Notes: generated by a model from the letters alone, not told the origin. DNA of 64,000 bases from Candidatus Staskawiczbacteria bacterium (GCA_026395175.1 JAPLZF010000017.1:12017-76016), one strand, 5' to 3'. Numbered from the stretch's first letter, positions 1 through 8,883 are shown. Numbers and translations are program-made.

Positions 1-873
1 CTGATGAGGATTGTCAGCAGTAGGCAAGTCAAGATTGGCTGTGCAAGGCAAGCTGTCTGTTCCGCCATCTGAGCCTTGGCATGTCCAAGTCCAGGGACCA
101 GAGCCGGAAACATTGGATGATGCGCCGGTCAAACAAAGGTTGCTGGTTGGAGCAAAAGAAACAATTGAACCATTGGCAGAACCGCAAACGCCGTTTATTT
201 TTGGAAGAAAAGAGAAAGTGGTTGCCACTTTATAATTGGAACTTAAACAAACGCTTTCGCCGTTTGCCCCTCCTTCCAAACAATTGAAAGTTCCCCAGCC
301 GACTACGGCTTGGTTAAGCGCTGAATCCGAGCTGGCAGAACTGCCTCCCCAAGTCCAGTAATGGAATTGAGACGGAGAACCGCTTGCATCTATCCAAAGA
401 TTCGGCAATTTTAGCCAGCCGTCCCATCCGCCTCTGTTTGAGCTTAACGTTCCGCTGCATCCTGATTGAAAAACAGAGCAGGCTCGCACCCAGCCGTTAA
501 TTGGATAACTTGCAGATAAAATTACTTGCGAGGAATAGCATGGCGTAGTTGGATATCCGCAACCAGGATAGGCGGTCAAATCGGGAGCCGGGTCAAATTT
601 AATCCAGCCGATGTTTTCTGACCAAGCATAGCCGGTGATGTCGCCATTTGTTTCAATGTTTGCTCCGTAATCAACATTTCCTCCGCCAGCCGGAATGCCA
701 GCCAGCCCAAGATTGTTAAAACTTATCCAGCCAATGTTTGATGTCCAAGCCCAGCCATAAACATTTCCGCTGGCTTTTATTTCGTTTGCCGGGAAAAAAG
801 AAAAAGCAAAAACTATTACAGCCAAAAATAATATAATTTTTATTTTGTTAAAATTTTTCTTTTTTTCCGGCAT
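1..873 (-). CDS. Secreted Trp/Cys-repeat protein, partial (C-terminus lies beyond window start)
   Basis: Hand translation: the ATG at 873 (complement) stays open for 291 codons to base 1. It is absent from the ORF track because there is no stop in the window. N-terminal signal/anchor MPEKKKNFNKIKIILFLAVIVFAFSFF. Repeats GWAWTSNIGWISF and GYAWSENIGWIKF. Cys-rich module NGVCGSANGS...GSGPWTWTCQGSDGG. Confidence 0.75.
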   Translation of the reverse strand, partial: MPEKKKNFNKIKIILFLAVIVFAFSFFPANEIKASGNVYGWAWTSNIGWISFNNLGLAGIPAGGGNVDYGANIETNGDITGYAWSENIGWIKFDPAPDLTAYPGCGYPTTPCYSSQVILSASYPINGWVRACSVFQSGCSGTLSSNRGGWDGWLKLPNLWIDASGSPSQFHYWTWGGSSASSDSALNQAVVGWGTFNCLEGGANGESVCLSSNYKVATTFSFLPKINGVCGSANGSIVSFAPTSNLCLTGASSNVSGSGPWTWTCQGSDGGTDSLPCTANLDLPTADNPHQ

Positions 874-896
874 AAAAATAAAATTATTGGTTATGA

Positions 897-1755
897 TTAT
901 TGTTGTGACACTGCAATTCCATAAGGATGGTTTCCCACATTATATGTTCCTATTATGATTCCCGAGGAATTAAGTTTTGTAACAGTATTCCCATTGAAAT
1001 TACCAACCCAGACATTTCCAGAAGCGTCAGCTGTAATTCTGTAAAGAGTATTCGCAATATGGTATGTTCCTACTGCGTTTCCCGACGAGTTAAGTTTTAT
1101 AACATTGTTATCACTATTAGTAACCCAAACATTTCCGGAAGAATCAGTTGCAACGCCAGAAGGATTATTTCCCACATCATATGTTCCTATTGTGTTTCCC
1201 GAGGAGCTAAGTTTTGTAACGGTGCCATCTAATCGATTAGCAACCCAGACATTTCCAGAAGCATCAACTGCAACTCCATAAGTTTCGTTCCCTGCCGAAT
1301 ATGTTCCTACCACACTTCCTGCGGAGTTAAGTTTTGTAACAGTATTACCATTTAAACTGCCAACCCAAACATTCCCCGAAGAATCAGTTGCAACTTGCCA
1401 AGTTAAACTTCCCACATTATATGTTCCTATTGTTGCTCCTGTTGAGCCATTAAGTTTTATAACTTTATTTCCGCCCGAACTGGCAACCCAGACATTTCCT
1501 GAAGAATCAGTTGCAATACCAGAAGGATAATATCCTCCTAAACTATATGTTCCCACCACGCTTCCTGAGGAGTTAAGTTTTGTAACAGTGCCATCCATCC
1601 AATTGCCAACCCAGACATTTCCTGAAGAATCAACCGCAACTCCATCAGGATTGTTTCCCACAGGATATGTTCCTAATAAATTTCCGTTTGAACCATCAAG
1701 TTTTGTAACAGTATTATCGCTAAAATTGGCAACCCAGACAAAAATTGAACTTGGA
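897..1755 (-). repeat. C-terminal array of about 7 tandem ~126-nt (42-aa) NHL-like blade repeats
   Basis: I counted seven VTKL/VIKL-centred units by eye between IFVWVANFSDNTVTKL and the C-terminus. Confidence 0.7.
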
Positions 1756-4700
1756 GTTGCAGGCGGAGTTGCAGGCGGAGAGGCAGAACCAGTTGAGCAT
1801 TCTTTCAATGCCTTGGTTCCAGAATTGGTTTGAATTCTTATTCCGGAATCATTTGGGTCTCCCGGATTTACCAAAACCACGCCCCAAATTCCTGAATTTT
1901 CTTTAATTCTTAAAGGAGAAGTTGCAGTTCCCGGAGCTTGGCCTGCAATATGAACTGATTCAGAACCATTCCAAATGCGAAGTCCGCTGTCAGCGCAAAG
2001 AGGCGCTTGAAGAGTGGCAGCGCAAGCAGTGCTATTTCCGCATGACCATGTTGTTGTCGGAGTATTTGTTGTCGGGAAAGTTGGAGTAAATCCTTTGTTA
2101 AAATATTGCAAAGCAAACCCTGTAAAGTCTCCAAAGGAATAAGGTCCTTTTCCTACTGAATATGTTCCTAATCTGCTTCCCGATGAATCAAGTTTTGTAA
2201 CAGTGCGTCCGCCGTTGTTGCCCGCGCCCGAATTGGCAACCCAAACATTTCCATAAGCGTCAACCGCAACTCCGTAAGGATTGTTGCCAAAAGCGCCGAC
2301 TCCTGAAGAATATGTCCCTATCACATTTCCTAATGAATTAAGTTCTGTGACAGTATTATCATCAAAATTAGCAACCCAGACATTTCCTGAAGAATCAACC
2401 GCAATCCCGCGAGGATTATTTCCTACTGGATATGTTCCCAACACATTTCCCGACGAATCAAGCTTTGTGACGCTGTTACTGCCCGCATTGGCAACCCAGA
2501 CATTCCCATAAGCATTAACCGCAATTCCATAGGGATTATTTCCTACAGAAGATATTGCTATAATTGCTCCAGTGGAGCTGTTTAGTTTTGTGACGCTGTT
2601 CCCTCCGCTGTCTGTAACCCAAGCATTCCCGGAAGGGTCAACTGCAATTCCGTAAGCGCCACTTTCTACAGAATATGGGCTTCCTGAATATTGGGTTCCG
2701 TCTGAGTGAAGTTTTGTGACATTATTTCCGCCGGAATTGGCAACCCAAACATTCCCGGCTTCATCAATTGCAATTCCGCGTGGGCCATATCCCACATTAT
2801 ATGTTCCTATTGTGTTTCCCGAGGAGTCAAGTTTTGTGACGCTGTTACCGCCATTATTGGCAACCCAGACATTCCCGGAAGCATCAACCGCAACTTCTTG
2901 GGGATTATTTCCCACATTATATGTTCCAATCACATTTCCGTTTGAAATATTAAGTTTTGTGACGGTATTGTCTCCGGAATTGGCAATCCAAATGTAAGGA
3001 TTAGAAATGGAAACAGGATTTCCGTGGTTGCAGAAGTTTCCTGTGAAAGCAGTAGAACCGGCTGTATAATTTTTAGCCGCCGAACCGCAAGCGTCGGGGC
3101 AAGATATGCTATAATTTTGATGAAGCTGAAGGGTTTCGTAGTAGTTTCCTTCCACAGCGTGAAGATCTAATGTAAAGTTAATAGTGCCAGTGTCGGCAAC
3201 AGGGACCAAAAAAGGCAGGGCTGAACGATCAAAAGTCATGATGCTTTCCGTCGTATGATCAGGAGTAGCAAATGTGTGAATACAATTTTGTCCTAAGCCC
3301 GGAGAAGAGAGGCAAAAATTATAAGATAAATTCTCACAGCCATGCCCTACAGCTGATACTTGCAAATATCCTTGGCTTCCGCAAGTTAATGTGTCTACGG
3401 GACTATTTACGAACACATTAGTAATAATTGCGAAAGTAGTATTAGCTGAGTAAGTCTCGCTGTCTAAGCATGTGTTGCCTACACATTCCATTGCTTCTGC
3501 TTTTCCTGCTTTGCTTATAAAAAAGAAAGCTGTGGCTAAAACAATTAAAATAATAATCAAAATTGCCAGCAGGATTTTTCTTTTGAGAAGTTTTTTTATA
3601 AAAATAATGCCAACAAAAAGTATCAGGACAAAAATAACTGCAAGAATTATTCTTAGAGAGAAATAATCTCTTGCGTCCATTTTGTCGGATTGCTTTGCAT
3701 AGTCAGAAGAAAGGTTTGTTTTGTAGGAAGCCAAAGTTTTACCATCTTTTGACGCGGTTATTTCTGCCCTCATTGCTAAGGCATTTGCCAGGGCTTTTAC
3801 AGAAATGGTTTTTGTGTATCCAGCATTGAAATCTGTCTTGTCTGAATAATTGGCAACAAGCTTGTTGTTTTGGTTGAATATTTTAACATTTAAGTCCGCT
3901 GGTCCTCCGCCGGAAACTTTATTGGTCATAATGTCAGTCGGACTGCCGGCATAATTTATAGTTATGTTTAATGTTTGTCCTTCTGCAATGCTCGATTTGT
4001 CGCTGGCAACAGAATCTATGGTAACAATATCGCCCCCAATTATATATCTGAAATTAACCGTAGTGGCTCTTTTTACATTATTGCTGTCTAAAAATGATAT
4101 TTCGCCAACATACACTTGAGGCGCGTAATTGAAAGCGGGCAAGTCTATGGAAATTTTTGATTCTGCATTTGGATTTATTGTTATTGTTTTGTCTTTGAAA
4201 GATGAAAGTATGTTATTCGGTTCCGGTCTTTTGTAAATATTTACAGAAGGAGTGATGGTAATTTTGTCTGCGGTATTATTTTCTAAAACAACATTCAAAA
4301 CAGCTTTCTGGCCGGCATAAATTGTCGGGCCTTCCTGAACATTGAAAGCAGTGTCTCCCACATAAACGCCGGCGCTTTTAATTTCTGCCATTCCGGTTCC
4401 ACCGGCAATATTGAGCATTGCATCGTCCCAGCCCATAGAACTGCCATTGTCAAGCATTGCCACAACTTCTATCCCAAGATTGGCTCCGCTTATTGACTCT
4501 GGAATTTTGTATGTAAAATTGACAACTTTTTTCTCGTTTCCAGCCAAAAAAATCGGGCCGTACATTATTGAGTTGTCATATTGCTTTTGAGGAATAGTGT
4601 TTTTATAATTTCCCATTAGAAACACTTCATAGCGAACATTCGGAACGCTCAGGTTTTTTGCATTCCAAAGAGTGAAAGTTCCGGTAACGGTTTCACCTGC

Positions 4701-4859
4701 CCTGTAATCTGTTTTTGAAAGTTTGAGGTCTTTTACATAAACCTCTATTGGGTTTACAATCACCAAAGCATTTGCTTTTGAATTTGCCGACAAAAACGTT
4801 GCAAAACAAAACAGGCAAAAAATTATGAAAACAGATACCTTTTTTTTATTCAACAGCAT
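897..4859 (-). CDS. Giant surface protein (1320 aa): signal peptide, Ig/CARDB-like N-terminal region, central TM hairpin, two NHL-type beta-propeller arrays
   Basis: Single ORF. N-terminal signal VSVFIIFCLFCFATFLSANSKANA. Two adjacent hydrophobic helices near aa 400-452. Fourteen ~42-aa repeats of the form GNVWVAN..N.VTKL...G..(I/V)GTY.VG..P.G(I/V)A(V/T)D. Confidence 0.85.
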   Translation of the reverse strand: MLLNKKKVSVFIIFCLFCFATFLSANSKANALVIVNPIEVYVKDLKLSKTDYRAGETVTGTFTLWNAKNLSVPNVRYEVFLMGNYKNTIPQKQYDNSIMYGPIFLAGNEKKVVNFTYKIPESISGANLGIEVVAMLDNGSSMGWDDAMLNIAGGTGMAEIKSAGVYVGDTAFNVQEGPTIYAGQKAVLNVVLENNTADKITITPSVNIYKRPEPNNILSSFKDKTITINPNAESKISIDLPAFNYAPQVYVGEISFLDSNNVKRATTVNFRYIIGGDIVTIDSVASDKSSIAEGQTLNITINYAGSPTDIMTNKVSGGGPADLNVKIFNQNNKLVANYSDKTDFNAGYTKTISVKALANALAMRAEITASKDGKTLASYKTNLSSDYAKQSDKMDARDYFSLRIILAVIFVLILFVGIIFIKKLLKRKILLAILIIILIVLATAFFFISKAGKAEAMECVGNTCLDSETYSANTTFAIITNVFVNSPVDTLTCGSQGYLQVSAVGHGCENLSYNFCLSSPGLGQNCIHTFATPDHTTESIMTFDRSALPFLVPVADTGTINFTLDLHAVEGNYYETLQLHQNYSISCPDACGSAAKNYTAGSTAFTGNFCNHGNPVSISNPYIWIANSGDNTVTKLNISNGNVIGTYNVGNNPQEVAVDASGNVWVANNGGNSVTKLDSSGNTIGTYNVGYGPRGIAIDEAGNVWVANSGGNNVTKLHSDGTQYSGSPYSVESGAYGIAVDPSGNAWVTDSGGNSVTKLNSSTGAIIAISSVGNNPYGIAVNAYGNVWVANAGSNSVTKLDSSGNVLGTYPVGNNPRGIAVDSSGNVWVANFDDNTVTELNSLGNVIGTYSSGVGAFGNNPYGVAVDAYGNVWVANSGAGNNGGRTVTKLDSSGSRLGTYSVGKGPYSFGDFTGFALQYFNKGFTPTFPTTNTPTTTWSCGNSTACAATLQAPLCADSGLRIWNGSESVHIAGQAPGTATSPLRIKENSGIWGVVLVNPGDPNDSGIRIQTNSGTKALKECSTGSASPPATPPATPSSIFVWVANFSDNTVTKLDGSNGNLLGTYPVGNNPDGVAVDSSGNVWVGNWMDGTVTKLNSSGSVVGTYSLGGYYPSGIATDSSGNVWVASSGGNKVIKLNGSTGATIGTYNVGSLTWQVATDSSGNVWVGSLNGNTVTKLNSAGSVVGTYSAGNETYGVAVDASGNVWVANRLDGTVTKLSSSGNTIGTYDVGNNPSGVATDSSGNVWVTNSDNNVIKLNSSGNAVGTYHIANTLYRITADASGNVWVGNFNGNTVTKLNSSGIIIGTYNVGNHPYGIAVSQQ
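2135..3005 (-). repeat. First array of about 7 tandem ~126-nt NHL-like blade repeats
   Basis: Seven VTKL/VTEL-centred units from NPYIWIANSGDNTVTKL to RTVTKLDSSGSRLGTYSVG. A Cys-rich insert and a PPATPPATP linker (1756-2134) separate this array from the second one. Confidence 0.7.
3492..3660 (-). other. Central transmembrane hairpin inside the 1320-aa protein
   Basis: FSLRIILAVIFVLILFVGIIFI, then KKLLKRK, then ILLAILIIILIVLATAFFFISKAGKAEA. This reads as an anchor-like helix, a basic loop, and a signal-peptide-like helix ending in AEA directly before Met457 (codon at 3491-3489). Confidence 0.7.
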
Positions 4860-4867
4860 TTTTTTAT

Positions 4868-6106
4868 TTAAGGATTAATGTCGGTTCTTAACCACAATTG
4901 GCCTGTGGCAGGGCTGGATGGGTCTGACCCATTTCTTGTTTCTATAATTAAACCGCCGGTTGTTTTGGTCAGTCCGCCGACTATTTCAAGTTTTGTTGCC
5001 GGAGTTGCTGTTCCAATTCCAACATTGCCGAAATTTACTGCATTGTGTCCTTCGGCGTTGTCGCCAGCACCAAGCGTGTCGGACAATGTGTCTATGAGAT
5101 TTCCTGTTCCGCTACCAGATGCGTCTGCCCCGCAAATAATATTTCCGCTTGCATCTGTCCACAGCTTATTGTTGCTGGTGGTTCCATTGCAAATAAGGCT
5201 GGTTTTAATTCCGCTTGTTCCGTTGCCGGTATAAATTTCCAGTTTTGCTGATGGCGTTGCTGTTCCAATTCCAACATTGACTGCAAAACCGCCGGTTCCG
5301 CCCAGCACGAGCATATTAGAACCGCCAACTTTAGCATAGTAGCCAATTGCCGTAGCATTGGTGAGGTTGCTCGATAAAACATCAGCGTTGTTGCCAATTG
5401 CCGTGTTATTGCTGCCTGTGGTGTTTGATTGAAGGGAATAATAACCGCTGGCGGTGTTGCCATTGCCTGCGGTGTTGGCGCTAAGAGAGAAAAAACCATC
5501 GGCGGTGTTGTTGGAACCAGTGGTATTGTAATAGAGAGCGCTTTGGCCGTCGGCGATGTTTTGATGTCCTGTGGTGTTGGAAAAGAGAGCATTTTTGCCA
5601 TTGGCGGTGTTTTCCCAACCTGTGGTGTTGGAGAAAAGGGCCTGGTAGCCGTTGGCGGTGTTTTCTGAACCGGTGGTGTTGGAATGCAGAGCCTGATAAC
5701 CAATTGCCAAACTGGTTTTTGCGTCGTCAAAAAAATTGATTAAATCAGCAACCTGCAAAAGGTTATTGGGAGTTGCTGTTCCAATTCCAACTTTGCCCAA
5801 AGGAATAAGCAAAGCATTTACTGCTCCTCCTGTGTTTAATATGGCTCCGCCGGTAGAACCAATAGTTCCTTCTATGTCTAATGTGGTGCCCAAAGTTCCA
5901 TTTCCTCCTATACTCAACGTTCCCAGCTTATATTGTCCTGCACTGCTGACATTCAAGGGAGCAGGGGCATTGTTTCCCGGTGGCGCGGCTGTTGGATTTT
6001 GCCAAGCGGCAAAAGAAACAGAAACAAGCGCAAAGCAGAGAACCGAAATGCTGAAAACCAGATAAGCTGATTTTGCTAATGAAATTTTTTTGTTATTTTT
6101 TTTCAT
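4868..6106 (-). CDS. Secreted fibre/adhesin-like protein (412 aa) with Asn/Thr/Gly repeats
   Basis: N-terminal signal anchor. Six tandem ~17-aa repeats (SNTTGxxNTAxGxxALF). Three copies of VGIGTATPxxxLE(I/V), a motif I associate with phage tail-fibre and trimeric-adhesin proteins. Confidence 0.75.
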   Translation of the reverse strand: MKKNNKKISLAKSAYLVFSISVLCFALVSVSFAAWQNPTAAPPGNNAPAPLNVSSAGQYKLGTLSIGGNGTLGTTLDIEGTIGSTGGAILNTGGAVNALLIPLGKVGIGTATPNNLLQVADLINFFDDAKTSLAIGYQALHSNTTGSENTANGYQALFSNTTGWENTANGKNALFSNTTGHQNIADGQSALYYNTTGSNNTADGFFSLSANTAGNGNTASGYYSLQSNTTGSNNTAIGNNADVLSSNLTNATAIGYYAKVGGSNMLVLGGTGGFAVNVGIGTATPSAKLEIYTGNGTSGIKTSLICNGTTSNNKLWTDASGNIICGADASGSGTGNLIDTLSDTLGAGDNAEGHNAVNFGNVGIGTATPATKLEIVGGLTKTTGGLIIETRNGSDPSSPATGQLWLRTDINP

Positions 6107-6133
6107 ATTTTTATATTTATAATTTTAATATTT

Positions 6134-6442
6134 TTATTTTGGAGCGCTTAAACTTTTTAAAATATCTTCAGAAATTTTTGTCTGCTTTTGATTTTCAGAA
6201 GGAGCGGATAAATTTTTTATAACTTCTTTTAAAACAGGTTGCGGCGTTTCTTTGCTTTCGGGAGCTGAGAGAGATTTTATTATTTCTTCTTTGGTCAGTT
6301 TTTCTTCAGGAGTTTTTGTTTTTGCATTTTTGTTTGAAAAGTAAAAAAACAGCCCGCCAAAAATAAGCAGAGCTATAATTAAAATTGCTCCTACTAATAG
6401 AAGAAGCTTTCTATTTGACCCAATTGATCCGATAGTTTCCAT
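6134..6442 (-). CDS. Small membrane-anchored protein with three (I/L)K(S/N)LSAP repeats
   Basis: TM helix LLLLVGAILIIALLIFGGLFFYF followed by the repeats IKSLSAPESK, IKNLSAPSEN and LKSLSAPK. First gene of the minus-strand surface operon. Confidence 0.6.
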   Translation of the reverse strand: METIGSIGSNRKLLLLVGAILIIALLIFGGLFFYFSNKNAKTKTPEEKLTKEEIIKSLSAPESKETPQPVLKEVIKNLSAPSENQKQTKISEDILKSLSAPK

Positions 6443-6610
6443 TTAGTTATTTTACCTTATTTTTTTATTGCAAGCAAAAGGTCAAGGGTGTGGATAACTT
6501 CGAGGATTCGCTTTAGCGAAGCCGAGACACTGAGCCGTAAGGCGAAGTGCTAGTTGCAAAAAACAATTGCTTGTGTTAAACTGAAAAAGTATAGTTTTAA
6601 TATAAAAAAT

Positions 6611-6853
6611 ATGGCAGTTCCAAGACATAAACATACGAGGTCAAAAGTGGGCCAGAGCCGAATGCACAAGAACATAAAGCATGTGTATTTGAATGTTTGC
6701 CCAAAATGCAAAAAGCCTGTTTTATCGCACACGGTTTGCTTGAATTGCGGGTTTTACAAAGGAAAAGAGGTGATAAACGTTTTGGCAAAACTTACCAAAA
6801 AAGAACAGAAAATAAAGCAAAAGGAAATAAAAACAGCAGAAAACCCAAAGTAA
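6611..6853 (+). CDS. rpmF: 50S ribosomal protein L32
   Basis: [19 protein letters not shown] plus a CPKC...CLNC zinc ribbon. The ORF-track start at 6554 is trimmed to the ATG at 6611. Lys-rich C-terminal tail. Confidence 0.9.
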   Translation: MAVPRHKHTRSKVGQSRMHKNIKHVYLNVCPKCKKPVLSHTVCLNCGFYKGKEVINVLAKLTKKEQKIKQKEIKTAENPK

Positions 6854-6863
6854 TTTTAAATTT

Positions 6864-7289
6864 ATGGCATCTAGGCATCTTTCAAGAAGCATAGTTTTGC
6901 AAAGTTTATACGAGTGGGATTTTTACAATAAAAAACCAGCTTTAAAAGATATTGTCGAAAGAGATATCAAAGATTTTGGTCCTGGCCTGGAAGAATTAGA
7001 CTTTATATATGCGTTGTCTACAGGAATTGAAAGCCACATAGATAAAATTGATAAAATTATTGAACAGGCAGCTCCCGAGTGGCCAATTGCCCAAATTTCA
7101 ATGGTTGACAGGAATGTTTTGAGAATTGGATTGTTTGAACTTTTATACACAGACAAAAAGGAAGTTCCGCCAAAAGTTGCCATAAACGAATCAATTGAAT
7201 TGGCAAAAACATTTTCCGGGCCAACTTCCGGAAAATTTATTAATGGAGTTTTGGGAACAGTTTACAAACAAATTGAAAATAAAGAATAA
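6864..7289 (+). CDS. nusB: Transcription antitermination factor NusB
   Basis: [17 protein letters not shown] and [25 protein letters not shown] are typical of NusB. Confidence 0.85.
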   Translation: MASRHLSRSIVLQSLYEWDFYNKKPALKDIVERDIKDFGPGLEELDFIYALSTGIESHIDKIDKIIEQAAPEWPIAQISMVDRNVLRIGLFELLYTDKKEVPPKVAINESIELAKTFSGPTSGKFINGVLGTVYKQIENKE

Positions 7290-7981
7290 TGATGGATTTT
7301 GAAATTTTTGAAAAAAAATTAGGATTAAAATTTAACAATAAAGACCTTTTAAAGCAGGCATTCACGCACAGGTCTTATTTGAATGAAAATCCCGATTTTA
7401 AATTAGACCACAACGAAAGGCTGGAATTTTTGGGAGACGCAGTTACCGAATTAATTATTACAGACCATTTATATAGAGATTATCCTGAAAAAGCAGAAGG
7501 GGAATTGACCAACTGGCGAGCGGCCTTAGTAAATGCTAAAATGATGACCAGCGTGGCAGAAGAACTTGGGTTTAATGATTTTCTTTTGCTGTCTCGCGGA
7601 GAATCAAAAGAAATGGGCAAGGCAAGAGCATATATTTTGGCAAACACATTTGAAGCATTATTGGGCGCATTATACTTGGATTCCGGATATAAGGCTTGTG
7701 ATGAATTCTTGCAAAAATATTTATTGAAAAATTTGGGAGAAATTATAAAAGACGGTTCGTATAAAGACGCAAAATCAAAATTTCAGGAAAAGGCTCAGGA
7801 AAAAGTTTCTATTACGCCAAATTATAAAGTTGTGAAAGAATCCGGACCTGACCACGACAAAATTTTTATAGTGGGAGTATTTCTTGGAGAACAGATTATT
7901 GCCGAAGGAAAAGGTTCGTCAAAACAAGAAGCAGAAGAATCAGCAGCCAAGTTGGCGCTGGAAGTAAAAAAGTGGAATTAA
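7289..7981 (+). CDS. rnc: Ribonuclease III
   Basis: RNase III signature NERLEFLGDAV. C-terminal dsRNA-binding domain (GPDHDKIFIVGV...GKGSSKQEAEESAA). Confidence 0.92.
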   Translation: MMDFEIFEKKLGLKFNNKDLLKQAFTHRSYLNENPDFKLDHNERLEFLGDAVTELIITDHLYRDYPEKAEGELTNWRAALVNAKMMTSVAEELGFNDFLLLSRGESKEMGKARAYILANTFEALLGALYLDSGYKACDEFLQKYLLKNLGEIIKDGSYKDAKSKFQEKAQEKVSITPNYKVVKESGPDHDKIFIVGVFLGEQIIAEGKGSSKQEAEESAAKLALEVKKWN

Positions 7982-8003
7982 AAAATAAAATAAAATTTAA
8001 AAA

Positions 8004-8405
8004 ATGCTTACAATAAGACTTACACGAAAAGGAAAAAAGAATCAGCCATTTTTTAGGGTGGTTTTAATTGATAAAAGGCGTTCAACAAAAGGCGGAAGAT
8101 CTGTTGAAGATTTGGGTTATGTTGACCCTTTGAAAAAAAGGAAAAGCTTTAACAAAGAAAGAATTTTATACTGGATTTCAAAAGGCGCGCAAACCAGTGC
8201 AACAATACATAATTTACTGGTTTCAGAAAAAATTATTGATGCCAAAAAAATTCACGTTTCAAGATTGTCAAAAAAAGCAGAAGCAAAAATAATTGAAACT
8301 AAAAAAGTTGAAGAAGCATCCGCCTCCGCCAAGGCTTCGGCGGACAAGGAAGCAGAGAAGCCGGTTGAAGAAGTAAAAGCAGAGGAGCCAGCTCCAGCAG
8401 AATAA
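8004..8405 (+). CDS. rpsP: 30S ribosomal protein S16 with charged C-terminal extension
   Basis: MLTIRLTRKGKKNQPFFRVVLIDKRRSTKGGRSVEDLGYVDP. Confidence 0.92.
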   Translation: MLTIRLTRKGKKNQPFFRVVLIDKRRSTKGGRSVEDLGYVDPLKKRKSFNKERILYWISKGAQTSATIHNLLVSEKIIDAKKIHVSRLSKKAEAKIIETKKVEEASASAKASADKEAEKPVEEVKAEEPAPAE

Positions 8406-8420
8406 ATAAAAATATTAAAA

Positions 8421-8445
8421 AAACCAGGACTGCCTGGTTTTTTGT
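8421..8445 (+). terminator. Intrinsic terminator after rpsP
   Basis: Stem aaaccagg / cctggttt with loop actg, followed by a T-run. Confidence 0.75.
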
Positions 8446-8452
8446 TGCGCGC

Positions 8453-8481
8453 TTGACTGGCGTGTTTCAAAGTAATATAAT
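8453..8481 (+). promoter_or_regulatory. Near-consensus sigma70-type promoter (TTGACT-17-TATAAT)
   Basis: ttgact at 8453-8458, a 17-nt spacer, tataat at 8476-8481. Lies about 135 nt upstream of the ATG at 8624. Confidence 0.6.
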
Positions 8482-8623
8482 TCAGTTTGTATTCAGCACA
8501 TTAAAAATTTAAGGGAGCAAGGAAATTGCCTTTTCTCTGAATGCAAATTTGGATGAAAGGTAGTTTCCTTACTCTTTACCGAATAGGCGGTGCGGAGTCA
8601 GGATACGATATTGGAGGTATAGT

Positions 8624-8845
8624 ATGGCCGATAGTATGAAGACAACGCCGTGGGGTCCCGCAGCAATAGAGTGGGCCGAGAAGAAGTTCAAAGAGTGGGA
8701 GAAAAAAGGGGCCAAAAAGACGAGAGCAGAGGTGCTTCTCGTCGGGCTTATTCTCAATAAGGTAGAGTTCCCTTATGAAATAAGCCCGTACACAATGAGC
8801 GTCGATGAGTTGCTCGAGTTTGTAAAGAAAGAGATCGAGGAGTAA
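8624..8845 (+). CDS. Hypothetical 73-aa protein (GC-rich island 1)
   Basis: GGAGG Shine-Dalgarno at 8613-8617, 6 nt before the ATG. About 52% G+C by hand count. Followed by hairpin ttctcgc/gcgagaa (8862-8878) and a terminator. Confidence 0.55.
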   Translation: MADSMKTTPWGPAAIEWAEKKFKEWEKKGAKKTRAEVLLVGLILNKVEFPYEISPYTMSVDELLEFVKKEIEE

Positions 8846-8883
8846 CCCGCAACCTCAAAGTTCTCGCTCGGCGAGAAGTGTAT

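Noticed and set aside
927-3666. Plus-strand ORFs (927-1232, 1588-1833, 2281-2511, 2706-2945, 2716-2997, 3472-3666) and the minus-strand ORF 1910-2134, all inside the 1320-aa gene.
   Set aside because: These are shadow frames of a long, repeat-rich gene. Their translations are low-complexity mirrors of the blade repeats, with no start context.
4878-6065. Alternative-frame ORFs over the fibre-like gene: 5092-5730 on the minus strand (212 aa), and 4878-5234, 5045-5251, 5429-5668 and 5736-6065 on the plus strand.
   Set aside because: They are by-products of the Gly/Thr/Asn repeat composition. The 412-aa frame has a signal anchor and a coherent repeat structure.
6550-6788. Minus-strand ORFs 6550-6732 and 6597-6788, and the extended rpmF start at 6554.
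   Set aside because: They are antisense to, or upstream of, a clearly recognisable L32. The L32 N-terminus MAVPRHK begins at 6611.
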